This document shows positions 11,722-23,568 of a DNA stretch of 64,000 nucleotides, in pieces. The first letter of the stretch is position 1; each line of letters starts with the position of its first letter. The notes below the pieces were generated by a model that saw nothing but the letters and a program-made list of their open reading frames with translations, did not search any database and was not told the DNA's origin. The position numbers and the translations under genes are program-made. The stretch is from assembly GCA_950097015.1 (NCBI GenBank), contig CATNEN010000034.1, positions 4,712,001 to 4,776,000 on the forward strand, written 5' to 3'. Source of the DNA: Macrostomum hystrix. Its lineage: Eukaryota; Animalia; Platyhelminthes.

Positions 11722-13708
11722 TTACGAATAATACTCATCTCATCTCTCCCCTGTCTCATCTCTCCCCTGTCTCATCTCTCCCCTGTCTCATCTCTCCCTG
11801 TCTCATCGCTCTCCTGTCTCATCTCTCCCCTGTCTCATCTCTCCCCTGTCTCATCTCTCCCCTGTCTCATCTCTCCCCTGTCTCATCTCTCCCTGTCTCA
11901 TCGCTCTCCTGTCTCATCTCTCCAATGTCTCATCTCTCCCCAGTCTCATCTCTCCCCTGTCTCATCTCTCCCCTGTCTCATCTCTCCCCTGTCTCATCTC
12001 TCCCCTGTCTCATCTCGCCCTGTCTCATCTCTCCCTGTCTCATCGCTCTCCTGTCTCATCTCTCCAATGTCTCATCTCTCCCCAGTCTCATCTCTCCCCT
12101 GTCTCATCTCTCCCCGGTCTCATCTCTTTATTACGAATTATTATACGAATAATTCGAAGTATTACGAATAATACTCATCTCATCTCTCCCCAGTCTCATC
12201 TCTCCCCAGTCTCATCTCTCCCCTGTCTCATCTCTCCCCTGTCTCATCTCTCCCGTGTCTCATCTCTCCCCAGTCTCATCTCTCCCCAGTCTCATCTCTC
12301 CTCTGTCTCATCTCTCCCCTGTCTCATCTCTCCCCTGTCTCATCTCTCCCCTGTCTCATCTCTCCCCAGTCTCATCTCTCCCCTGTCTCATCTCTCCCTT
12401 GTCTCATCTCTCCCCTGTCTCATCTCTCCCCTGTCTCATCTCTCCCCTGTCTCATCTCGCCCTGTCTCATCTCTCCCTGTCTCATCGCTCTCCTGTCTCA
12501 TCTCTCCAATGTCTCATCTCTCCCCAGTCTCATCTCTCCCCTGTCTCATCTCTCCCCGGTCTCATCTCTTTATTACGAATTATTATACGAATAATTCGAA
12601 GTATTACGAATAATACTCATCTCATCTCTCCCCAGTCTCATCTCTCCCCAGTCTCATCTCTCCCCTGTCTCATCTCTCCCCAGTCTCATCTCTCCCCTGT
12701 CTCATCTCTCACCCTGTCTCATCTCTCCCGTGTCTCATCTCTCCCCAGTCTCATCTCTCCCCAGTCTCATCTCTCCTCTGTCTCATCTCTCCCCTGTCTC
12801 ATCTCTCCCCTGTCTTATCTCTCCCCTGTCTCATCTCTCCAATGTCTCATCTCTCCCCAGTCTCATCTCTCCCCTGTCTCATCTCTCCTCTGTCTCATCT
12901 CTCCCCTGTCTCATCTCTCCCCTGTCTCATCTCTCCCCGGTCTCATCTCTTTATTACGAATTATTATACGAATAATTCGAAGTATTACGAATAATACTCA
13001 TCTCATCTCTCCCCAGTCTCATCTCTCCCCAGTCTCATCTCTCCCCTGTCTCATCTCTCCCCAGTCTCATCTCTCCCCTGTCTCATCTCTCCCCTGTCTC
13101 ATCTCTCCCGTGTCTCATCTCTCCCCAGTCTCATCTCTCCCCAGTCTCATCTCTCCTCTGTCTCATCTCTCCCCTGTCTCATCTCTCCCCTGTCTTATCT
13201 CTCCCCTGTCTCATCTCTCCAATGTCTCATCTCTCCCCAGTCTCATCTCTCCCCTGTCTCATCTCTCCCCTGTCTCATCTCTCCCCAGTCTCATCTCTCC
13301 TCTGTCTCATCTCTCCCCTGTCTCATCTCTCCCCTGTCTTATCTCTCCCCTGTCTCATCTCTCCAATGTCTCATCTCTCCCCAGTCTCATCTCTCCCCTG
13401 TCTCATCTCTCCCCTGTCTCATCTCTCCCCTGTCTTATCTCTCCCCTGTCTCATCTCTCCCTGTCTCATCTCTCCCTGTCTCATCGCTCTCCTGTCTCAT
13501 CTCTCCAATGTCTCATCTCTCCCTTGTCTCATCTCTCCCCTGTCTCATCTCTCCCCTGTCTCATCTCTCCCTGTCTCATCTCTCCCTGTCTCATCTCTCC
13601 AATGTCTCATCTCTCCCCAGTCTCATCTCTCCCCTGTCTCATCTCTCCCCGGTCTCATCTCTTTATTACGAATTATTATACGAATAATTCGAAGTATTAC
13701 GAATAATA
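11722..13708. repeat. 16-bp satellite arranged as 4 higher-order units separated by an AT-rich spacer of about 48 bp
   Basis: Spacer TTTATTACGAATTATTATACGAATAATTCGAAGTATTACGAATAATA at about 12127, 12569, 12950 and 13662. Confidence 0.93.
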
Positions 13709-13997
13709 TTCACTCTATTCAAATTCATTTTCGGTTAGAAATTATGATTATTATTATTAAAACGCGCACGCCATCTATGGGTGCTGATTTTTTTCTTTGA
13801 TATATTTTTTGACAACAAATATTTTAATGGACAACGAAAAACCTAACATAAAAAGGGAAGTTTTGTAGGATTCCACTATCGAGCTGGGAAGGGAAAAGCA
13901 AAAGCAAAGGTATTAAAAATGAGAGCAGTAAAAACACAAGGGACGCCAGGAATAAAACAATATATATATTGTTAAATGTTAATATGAGCTCATAGTC

Positions 13998-14693
13998 TCA
14001 GGGCAGCTGTTCCCTTATTCTAGAGATATCTATGATGTATTTTGCTAAAGCTTCAGTGGTTTCCCTATCGCCTTGAGCCATTATGTAGTTAGATTTCTCT
14101 TCTGCTGTTAAGGTTATGAAATTGGGAGTTTTCCCAGAAATTTCCTTCTCAAAATTCGAACGTGCTGCGCTATACATATTCCAACTGCACTTAAAAAGGA
14201 ATTGGACCTCGTTTTCAACTTCCGTTTTGCACTTACTACATAATCTATTCACATACGGAATTTTCGGTCTCGCAGTTCGCAATGTTTCGCAAGCTAGCTT
14301 ATGGTTTCCTAGTCTAAACGAGGATATGGTACGTCTCAACTCCGGGTTGTATATTTGTTGTAAATATTTTTCGGCTCAATAATATTGCTTGAAGGAGTAA
14401 TAGAAGTGACTAAGCTTGCTTGAGTTCTGTGTCCTTTGTCTCCAATGGGTATCGAACTGAGAAACGAAATTTTTCTTGTGGTTTTTGCGGGCTTTTGCGG
14501 GACTAATGCTTCTGCAGTTCAGCATAACGTCATTTTTTATCTTTGTTTTGATTCCAACATCACTGTATGTTTGGTCCGCCAATAACTTGAAAATTATAGA
14601 GTCCTGCCGGCTTGTTATGGAGGCCCAGTGCGAAATACTTCTTTTCTGAATGTTGTATATAATAAAGGCAATCTGCCTAGAAATAGCAGACAA
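13998..14693 (-). pseudogene. Decayed non-LTR retrotransposon ORF2 C-terminus (RTEX/L2-like, clade uncertain)
   Basis: KLSHFYYSFKQYY*AEKYL...RRTISSFRLGNHKLACE...RLCSKCKTEVENEVQFLFKC matches the typical LINE C-terminal Cys-rich region; in-frame TGA at 14376-14378; AT-rich. Confidence 0.7.
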
Positions 14694-15053
14694 GCGACAT
14701 AATAATAAATGACAACTTCAAAGTAACGTAAGACAAAAGCGTTAAATTCCAGTCAGAATAAAAACACCATGATTGTGTCAATAGTTTAATGAGACGAAGT
14801 TTCTGATAATTCCCGTTTCCATATAGTCAGAGCCGTGACTTTAGAAGGCAATTTATGGCATGAATTTACTGTTCTATGCACAGATGCACAGATAATTTCT
14901 ATTGCACAGAAAGATTCACCGTGTTCAGGGCGGGGTAAGCTCATAGCCATCATAGCCATTTTAAAGATTGCAGAGCGTCATAATCACATTTATTAATGTT
15001 TGTGCTCAGGATGGTCTTTGAGGCCAAAAAGGAATTTCACATGATCCACGAAG

Positions 15054-15824
15054 CTAATCAAATAGTGAGACACACTCGCACAGGACGCCCACTGCTTCAG
15101 TGCTAGTGTCCAGCAGATCGCACAGCTTTGGAGTGCGGAAGTAGCTGACGGTCACATTCTGGCTCGGATTGTTGTTCGGCTCAGAGCAGCACCACAGGCT
15201 GGGGTCGATGGGGAAGCCGCAGCTGGCCCAAATCCAGCCTCCAGCGGGCTCCGGACTGCCGGGCGGCTGGACGCCTCCGAGAAATGTTCCAGTGCTGGAC
15301 CGGTCGCACAGAGCGTCTACGTGGCTCATCTCAGTCGCATCGATCACATCGGCCATGATCACCAATCCGGCCTCGCTGTCGCACTTGGCCTTGCTCGGTG
15401 ACCAGAACTGAATGTCAGGGTACAGTCTGTACTTCGAGCCGCACAAGTCGTCTCCGTATCCAGCGGGACACAGAGCGCCTGCTCGAAGTCGTTGGTCGAG
15501 ACGTCGCACGAACACGCGACCTCTCACGGAGCATGTGCCACACTCGCGCACTCGCTTGCTGCACCGATCGAACACGAACAGCCGACAGACACCGACTGAG
15601 TCGCCGACTGTCGCCACGGTGAACGCCTTGCACTGGGGCTCCAGGAGGCAGTGCATGGATAGCACAGTCCGCTGTGGAAACGGCTTCTGGAATTTTTTTG
15701 GTAAACTCGTTTTTAATGCACAAAAACCATCAATGGCATTAAACTCTTGAAGCTCTACAGATTTAAAAAGTAGATGACTGATAATCAGAAAAAATTTTAG
15801 TCTGTAGATAGCTGTGCTTGACAT
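15054..15824 (-). CDS. Secreted PAN/apple-like + C-type lectin domain protein, paralog 1 (internal compensated frameshift)
   Basis: Intronless 256-aa ORF with hydrophobic N-terminus, C...CKAFT...C PAN-like motif, and CTLD with KC, FLGG, WIW, EPNN and LCEC; three paralogs in the window. Confidence 0.8.
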   Translation of the reverse strand: MSSTAIYRLKFFLIISHLLFKSVELQEFNAIDGFCALKTSLPKKFQKPFPQRTVLSMHCLLEPQCKAFTVATVGDSVGVCRLFVFDRCSKRVRECGTCSVRGRVFVRRLDQRLRAGALCPAGYGDDLCGSKYRLYPDIQFWSPSKAKCDSEAGLVIMADVIDATEMSHVDALCDRSSTGTFLGGVQPPGSPEPAGGWIWASCGFPIDPSLWCCSEPNNNPSQNVTVSYFRTPKLCDLLDTSTEAVGVLCECVSLFD

Positions 15825-16706
15825 AATAAAACAATTATGAGCGTGGTTGTGTGAGGTTTCTTTTGCGTAAAGACAGGAAAGGTAAGACAGATGCTGTCGA
15901 TTTCATCAAGGCTGAGTGCCTGTATTGTACGATTAACGAAAATGCAATGATCTCGGTACATGAAGCGCAATTTACTCATAAATAAATAAAAATAAAATAA
16001 ATAAATAATTGACGCGCACAAATTTTAACTTGACACGAATCGTATAAATTGACGAGAATCGGGAATTAATGTTCCTGCTAGTTAGACTCTCAATACTTTT
16101 TTACTTTGACATTGGCTTTTACTTAGCCGGATCGAAAGTTAAGTAAGAAAGTTTATTTTTTGCTTTAAAAGCGTTTCAGATGCTAGTAGTAGTAGTCTAC
16201 TTCAGGGATGTCTTGATTTCTTATGCAACAAATTGAGTCCTCGCAGTAAGAGCCCGTTCATACGGCCGTGAGCCAATTCAGGCCGAGAGTCAAAATATAT
16301 TTAAGTTTAACAGAGCGATAAGGAAGAGGGGTTGGCGGTACGATAACAAGAGTGCGCGACTGAGGGTAGGAGAGGAGGCTAGAACGTGAGCGGCGGACCA
16401 ATCAGAGAGGAGGAAAGAAAGAAAGGATAGAGAATGAGAGATCAGCAGCAGAGATAACGAGAGAGAGAGAACTAGATTGAACTGGACGATGTAAACAAGA
16501 AAAGTGCAGAGAACGAAAGAGTGAATAGAGGACAGAAGGCAGAGACGAAAGTCGCGACAAGGGATGACAAAAGTCACGGATATACACGACGCAACACTCA
16601 TGTTTTATGGAACGAAGTTTTTAAGGTCACTTTTTCTCCGAAAAGTGAATTGCAAGTCTCCCGTATTGTATTACGGAGCTATGTATTACGAATTAGCATA
16701 CTAAAT

Positions 16707-17057
16707 TGCTTTTCAACTTCTATTTCAAACTAAGTAACTTCAATTTCGCCCGCGGGAGTTACACTTTGTGAAATTGATTTACCCTGACTTGGGCAGGCCG
16801 GTCTCGCGGACGAAATTGAAGTTACTAATCGGGTACACACGAGCACCCCATCCACGCGGGCGAAATAGAAGTTACAAACGCCAGCCGGAGAGCCGCCGGG
16901 CGAAATTGAAGTTACTAACGCCAGCCGGAGAGCCGCCGGGCGAAATTGAAGTTACTTACGCCAGCCGGAGAGCCGCCGGGAGAAATGGAAGTTACTAACG
17001 CCAGCCGGAGAGCCGCCGGGCGAAATTGAAGTTAGTTTGAAATAGAATTGAAAACAA
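16707..17057. mobile_element. MITE-like element with about 40-bp TIRs and internal 40-bp tandem repeats
   Basis: TTTTCAACTTCTATTTCAAACTAAGTAACTTCAATTTCGCCC (16710-16751) is the inverted match of 17018-17054; four 40-bp units from 16878; no TSD identified. Confidence 0.7.
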
Positions 17058-18112
17058 AAAAAATTTATATATTGTTTATAAATTTCGTTTTTTCTATTTA
17101 TCCATCGTTATCTGACAGGACCACCTAATATAAACATTGTCTTAATAACATTTTCATTTACTCATATTTTAGGGTGATACTAGCCTATACCTATAAGCCT
17201 ACACCAAAGCTCTAACCGCTGGGCTGCAAGCTCCCCACAGGTACATCCACGCCAAAATCAGGGACTGCTGCCAGCCTAGGGCTTCGGTGCCCAGCTTCTC
17301 TCCATGCATTAAAGCTTAGAACAAATCAATGCAAAATGCCCCTGGAATGCAGCAATGCATCAAATCAAACTCTTTTTTGTTTAAAATTTGCATGCCTCAT
17401 AGCATACGCTGTTTGCTCCGTACCTTTATTACAATGATGTACTCAAAGCCTTAGCTCTTATCTTAGACTCAGAAATTACCATATATGCTATTCGCTTCGC
17501 AAGCACTACTCGCTACTATGAGTAGAAGATCCGTTAAGGGTAACCAAGAGTTACTGAAAAACCTGAATTTCAGAGTGTGAGAATAGCTCAGAATACTAAA
17601 ATTTCAGCGAACATCAAATGCTAGCCCTGGCTAATATGTTAGATGGCTAAACTAGTCCGATACCCACTGAAGGAGATCGAAGTTTGCCATTGCTAACAGA
17701 TCTACAATAAAAATTCATCGATAGGTTGATGATCGGTTGTAAAATTATTTTTCTTTCGAATTTACTTGAGTATTGAGACAGCGCAAACCGACTCATCAAG
17801 CTATACGAGGTCGCAAGGTTCGACACGCTCTTTCGACACGCAAGGTTCGACAAATCTTAATTGCGCATTGTCTGTTTTTCGGATAATCCTTCCACAGCTG
17901 CAATAATATATTAAGCGGTGCCTTTTATAAAATTTCTTGATTTCAAGCGTCTGGGAACCGCATAGGACACCATGGGCTTGTCTGCTCACAGATCAATGAA
18001 CTAAAAAAGAAGACTAACTACTAGTAGGCTATATGCTCATTGTTATGCTCATGCAAGCAGCAGTAAACTTAGGAACTTTCTTTCTTAGAACAGTTTCATA
18101 CTGTAAGAACTC

Positions 18113-18874
18113 TCAGTCAAACGGCGATACGCACTCGCACAAGACGCCGCTAGCACTTAATGTGAGGTCTGCAAGGTCAGAGAGCTTCGGAGAGTCGACC
18201 CATCGAGCGGTAATGTTTTGCTTTCCATTTTCATTCGGTTCACCAGATGACCACAGGCTGCGGTCGATGGGGAAGCCGCAGCTGGCCCAAATCCAGCCTC
18301 CAGCGGGCTCCGGACTGCCGGGCGGCTGGACGCCTCCGAGAAATGTTCCAGTGCTGGACCGGTCGCACAGAGCGTCTACGTGGCTCATCTCAGTCGCATC
18401 GATCACATCGGCCATGATCACCAATCCGGCCTCGCTGTCGCACTTGGCCTTGCTCGGTGACCAGAACTGAATGTCAGGGTACAGTCTGTACTTCGAGCCG
18501 CACAAGTCGTCTCCGTATCCAGCGGGACACAGAGCGCCTGCTCGAAGTCGTTGGTCGAGACGTCGCACGAACACGCGACCTCTCACGGAGCATGTGCCAC
18601 ACTCGCGCACTCGCTTGCTGCACCGATCGAACACGAACAGCCGACAGACACCGACTGAGCCGCCGACTGTCGCCAGGGTGAACGCCTTGCACTGCGGTAC
18701 AAATTTGCACCTCAATGAGCATTCGAGCTCCGTGAGAGGGTACGGCAGATCTCGAACAAACTCGCTTTGGACGCACAAGAATCCGTCGATGGCGTTAAAT
18801 TCATCAACACCGCAGACAACCAGTAGTCGAGCTGTCAGCAGGAGATATGTTATCTTTAGACAACCCAGGTGCAT
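18113..18874 (-). CDS. Secreted PAN/apple-like + C-type lectin domain protein, paralog 2
   Basis: True ATG most likely 18874 (MHLGCLKITYLLL..., parallel to the MHL starts of paralogs 3 and 4); EPN motif in WSSGEPNEN. Confidence 0.85.
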   Translation of the reverse strand: MHLGCLKITYLLLTARLLVVCGVDEFNAIDGFLCVQSEFVRDLPYPLTELECSLRCKFVPQCKAFTLATVGGSVGVCRLFVFDRCSKRVRECGTCSVRGRVFVRRLDQRLRAGALCPAGYGDDLCGSKYRLYPDIQFWSPSKAKCDSEAGLVIMADVIDATEMSHVDALCDRSSTGTFLGGVQPPGSPEPAGGWIWASCGFPIDRSLWSSGEPNENGKQNITARWVDSPKLSDLADLTLSASGVLCECVSPFD

Positions 18875-20180
18875 GGCTCGCTGAGTTATGCACCAAAAGT
18901 CTCGATTTACCTTGTAAGTGCTGTGGAGTCTGCTCTGTTTGGTACAATCAAATGTGCTCGTCAAGCATCTCTGGTGCGCTTATTATGGCTTCTCTATGGA
19001 TTTAGTTCTTTTTTTTGCTAGGAAGCTACTAGCTCGTATACTTGTTGAAAAAGCCAACGAGTCTTTATTGTGCTGTAAATTAGCCTTAGAACAATAGCAT
19101 TTTAAGTGACTATTGTTCTCTTAAATTTTAAATTTCACAATGGAATATTACAAGAAATACAGTTTTCAGTAACTAATCGAACTATCTTTTTTTCTGGCCT
19201 TGAGGCTGCTGTGGGGCACGAGTTCAAGGCATTCGTATTGTGCACTCACCGGTGAAGTCCTGGACAATGCACGAAAATCGTCGCTAACTTTACGCTTGAC
19301 AGACGTAGAGCAGCCTCGTTGGATAAAATAAAGGGGAAAAACTTAGCTGCCTAGAACCTAGGGCTTTTTTTGGTCGTTGTAAATGTCTAGCTTACAACTA
19401 CACAAGCTACACAGCTTAGCTTAGCTTACAGCTTGCTAGTAGCTTAGCAAAATCGCTAAAAAAGTCCGAAAATAGCTTGCTTTTCATACCGTTAAGACTC
19501 CAAGTAATAACCTGTTCTAGTATTCAGTAACTTATTGATATTGATAATGCTGCAGGATATATCAATCTCCAATCTCACAAGCGTCATTCCATGCCGTGAA
19601 ATTTTTTAGAGTGTGGCAAAAGTCTTTTTCTTGGAAATTTCGTGTGGTGATATTCCTTCCTGGACGCCGGTACGCGTGATGATCCTCGTTTGAAGACTGG
19701 CTCAGTGATGCCTAATAAAATTTAATGATGATATAATAAAGCAACTATGTAGTGACAAAAATAAGCCAGCAGAACAATAATGTAACTAAGTATACGATTA
19801 GTCTGCACATTGACTAACCAGTTCATATGGATATATGGCAGTTATTTCGTTAAAGACAAGCGGTAGCAGCCAGACTCTCTCAAGCAGGACCTCCATCGCA
19901 GAATGATTAAGAACCGTTGCTGAGTTTCTGTATGGATGTGGCTACTAGCAGTAGCATGCATGCTGGTGCAAGGTTAATATGTTTAAAAATCAAAGATTAT
20001 ACTACAGGTTATAGCATCGTAGAAATAAATAATGAATATTTTATTCCAACATAACGTTCGTATGATGAAACCAACAAACCCATCCATGAGGTTTTTGGCG
20101 GCGTACAGCAATAAGTTGACTTGAGTACCAACATTGCAAGCAAAATGCGACTAGCATAGATCGATTTGCAAACTTCTCGT

Positions 20181-21148
20181 CAGCAAAGTTCGGCCAGCAA
20201 AGTTCGGCTAGCAAAGTTCGGCCAGCAAAGTTCGGCTAGCAAAGTTCGGCTAGCAAAGTTCGGCTAGCAAAGTTCGGCTAGCAAAGTTCGGCTAGCAAAG
20301 TTCGGCTAGCAAAGTTCGGCCAGCAAAGTTCAGCTAGCAAAGTTCGGCCAGCAAAGTTCGGCTAGCAAAGTTCGGCCAGCAAAGTTCGGCTAGCAAAGTT
20401 CGGCTAGCAAAGTTCGGCCAGCAAAGTTCGGCCAGCAAAGTTCGGCCAGCAAAGTTCGGCTAGCAAAGTTCGGCCAGCAAAGTTCGGCCAGCAAAGTTCG
20501 GCCAGCAAAGTTCGGCCAGCAAAGTTCGGCCAGCAAAGTTCGGCTAGCAAAGTTCGGCCAGCAAAGTTCGGCTAGCAAAGTTCGGCCAGCAAAGTTCGGC
20601 CAGCAAATTTCGGCCAGCAAAGTTCGGCTAGCAATGTTCGGCCAGCAAAGTTCGGCTAGCAAAGTTCGGCCAGCAAAGTTCGGCTAGCAATGTTCGGCTA
20701 GTTCGGCAAAGTTCGGCTAGCAAAGTTCGGCTAGCAAAGTTCGGCCAGCAAAGTTCGGCTAGCAAAGTTCGGCCAGCAAAGTTCGGCCAGCAAATTTCGG
20801 CCAGCAAAGTTCGGCTAGCAATGTTCGGCCAGCAAAGTTCGGCTAGCAATGTTCGGCTAGTTCGGCAAAGTTCGGCTAGCAAAGTTCGGCTAGCAAAGTT
20901 CGGCCAGCAAAGTTCGGCTAGCAATGTTCGGCTAGTTCGGCAAAGTTCGGCTAGCAAAGTTCGGCTAGCAAAGTTCGGCCAGCAAAGTTCGGCTAGCAAA
21001 GTTCGGCCAGCAAAGTTCGGCCAGCAAATTTCGGCCAGCAAAGTTCGGCTAGCAATGTTCGGCCAGCAAAGTTCGGCTAGCAATGTTCGGCTAGTTCGGC
21101 AAAGTTCGGCTAGCAAAGTTCGGCCAGCAAAGTTCGGCTAGCAAACTT
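20181..21148. repeat. Minisatellite, 14-bp unit AGCAAAGTTCGGC(C/T)
   Basis: Directly visible tandem array. Confidence 0.95.
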
Positions 21149-21944
21149 CATAGATCCATTAAGCTTATGCGTTTATAGCTCCTGATTGAGAATTCCTAAA
21201 ATGTATTTGACTAATGCTGTTCCTGGGATTCATTTGAGAATGCGCAATACCTGCTTGGGAACCTTGATTACTTCAGCACCTTTCTCGTTGCAATGTTTGC
21301 TTCCAAAGCATCATGTTTGATTACATTGGACAGGGTTTCCCCACAGTTTTCTGATAAAAAGCGCTAAATTACCAATCAAAATCGAACAAAGCATATTTAC
21401 ACTTGCCTTTTTGCGCTGCACTTGTGGCCCAATAAGATTGAACTTGATACAAAGCAAAACTGGACGCTAGTTCTGACTGCTTGTACGCTCGTAATTAGCT
21501 CGTAGGATAAATTTGCAGCAGCAAATAAAGAATAGCACATGAAAATCCCACACCTGCAATTTAGTGTCAACTAAACTACCTGCTAAATTCAGAATGCATC
21601 AATGATAGTTTCTGTCCTGCAAATAAGTCGTTGTTTAAGCTAATTTGCTAAAGCTTACAATGGTCAACAGTTTTCAGTTGAAAGTAAATAGCTTGAAAGT
21701 GCAAAGTCTAATCAGTAAAGCATTTCCCGGATATTACTGCTTCGTATGCAAGTTTTCAAGGCTAATACCAGCCTGCAGGGCCTTCTGTCTCACCCAATAT
21801 TTGCTCGACAGCTAAGCATAGCATTTTATAGCATCTCTTAATTTCAGTTGGTCCAGACCTGTTTGCAGTGACGAGGATTAAATATAGGATTGCGAACCTT
21901 GCTTGTGAAACGCAAAGGAAACTTTTCAATAAGCAGGGGCGACG

Positions 21945-22712
21945 ATGCATTTGACTCTTCTCATCCTAGCTCACCTCCTGCTTGGCTTGATGCCCTGCTA
22001 TGAAGCTGCTGGCCTCATAGAGCAGTTCGATGGCATCAACGGATTCCTGTGCGTTCGCGGTGAGTTCACCCGGATCGTGCCACAAGCCAACTCAAATATC
22101 GAGTGCGCCAGCCACTGCCTCCTGGAGCCCCAGTGCAAAGCCTTCACCCTGGCGACAGTCGGCGGCTCAGTCGGTGTCTGTCGGCTGTTCGTGTTCGATC
22201 GGTGCAGCAAGCGAGTGCGCGAGTGTGGCACATGCTCCGTGAGAGGTCGCGTGTTCGTGCGACGTCTCGACCAACGACTTCGAGCAGGCGCTCTGTGTCC
22301 CGCTGGATACGGAGACGACTTGTGCGGCTCGAAGTACAGACTGTACCCTGACATTCAGTTCTGGTCACCGAGCAAGGCCAAGTGCGACAGCGAGGCCGGA
22401 TTGGTGATCATGGCCGATGTGATCGATGCGACTGAGATAAGCCACGTAGACACTCTGTGCGACCGGTCCAGCACTGGAACATTTCTCGGAGGCGTCCAGC
22501 CGCCCGGCAGTCCGGAGCCCGCTGGAGGCTGGATTTGGGCCAGCTGCGGCTTCCCCATCGACCGCAGCCTGTGGTGCTGCTCTGAGCCGAACAACAATCC
22601 GAGCCAGAATGTGACCGTCAGCTACTTCCGCACTCCAAAGCTGTGCGATCTGCTGGACACTAGCACTGAAGCAGTGGGCGTCGTTTGCGAGTGTGTCTCA
22701 CCCTTCGACTGA
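21945..22712 (+). CDS. Secreted PAN/apple-like + C-type lectin domain protein, paralog 3
   Basis: 255-aa intronless ORF, signal-peptide-like MHLTLLILAHLLLGLMPCYEA, EPNN motif. Confidence 0.87.
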   Translation: MHLTLLILAHLLLGLMPCYEAAGLIEQFDGINGFLCVRGEFTRIVPQANSNIECASHCLLEPQCKAFTLATVGGSVGVCRLFVFDRCSKRVRECGTCSVRGRVFVRRLDQRLRAGALCPAGYGDDLCGSKYRLYPDIQFWSPSKAKCDSEAGLVIMADVIDATEISHVDTLCDRSSTGTFLGGVQPPGSPEPAGGWIWASCGFPIDRSLWCCSEPNNNPSQNVTVSYFRTPKLCDLLDTSTEAVGVVCECVSPFD

Positions 22713-23568
22713 ATTAGCTTAATTTAACTAATGACAATGACTAATGACAATGCCATTACATCGAAATATTTTTTTCGGTTTGACAGCATTCAAGGTAGAA
22801 AAATCCAGCCTTTTTTAGTCTCAATTTAAAACAATTACAATCAATACCCCCTACTAACTCAGACAAGAGAGCGGGAGGTTGAAATTTTCAAAGAAATATT
22901 TGCAAAGAACATTTTTACGATGCCTTATTCGATAAACTGCTTTCATAATAAAAAAAATAAATAAATAATCAATAAACTGCTTTCATAATAATTAAATTAA
23001 ATAATTAAATAATCAATAAACAAAAAACTGCTTGAGATGCTAATTTTTTCTCGCTTTGAATTGACATTTATTCGTCATGAATTAGGCTATTGTGATGAAT
23101 GGATTAGGCTTTTAATTTACGTGATGAAATGATGCAATAATGGATTTAGATACATTTCTATAATTGACATCCATTTTAGTTTTTGATTTACATAGTTCAG
23201 TTGATTTGAGTGAAGCTTTTAGCACAGGTTGTTAATGAAAAGGGAACTAGCATACTACGAGTGATGTAGCACCGGCAGATTCACTGGCCCACGTTATCTC
23301 ACTGTGTGTATTCCTGTCTTGTTGTTTAGCGCAACTTCATCTATCTGCTCTTGCCAAAGTCGATGCTTCTACTTGACTGCAGTTGTAAGCCGTCACTGCC
23401 GTTACTGAAGACTTGGCCGAAAACGGTCATAGACAGCTGCCACATCTATAAATACATATGCTGCTGAACACCGTTCCCACCGATTGTCTCACTTCGATTT
23501 AGCTTTCTGCCCGATCATTTTTTGTTCCGCTAAGTTTGCTTTTCACTTTTATTTACTGAAAGTAAGCC

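Noticed and set aside
11722-13708. CRISPR-like look of a constant motif separating variable blocks
   Set aside because: The intervening blocks are satellite, not unique spacers; eukaryotic context and no cas genes. The 34, 37 and 44-bp arrays likewise lack spacers
9595-13800. Many long SHLSPVSSLPCLISP ORFs (also at 61492-63815)
   Set aside because: Stop-poor 16-bp satellite read in rotating frames
15169-15750. Conserved antisense and alternative-frame ORFs over each lectin core
   Set aside because: Shadow ORFs of a GC-rich coding segment; conserved only because the core DNA is identical
16209-16596. Possible solo LTR (TGT...ACA, purine-rich)
   Set aside because: Flanks AGGGA and CTCAT give no TSD, and there is no second copy in the window
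19202-19316. 9-bp inverted repeat enclosing a GTGCA...TGCAC-GAAA stem, hammerhead-like
   Set aside because: No CUGANGA core upstream of the stem and no TSD
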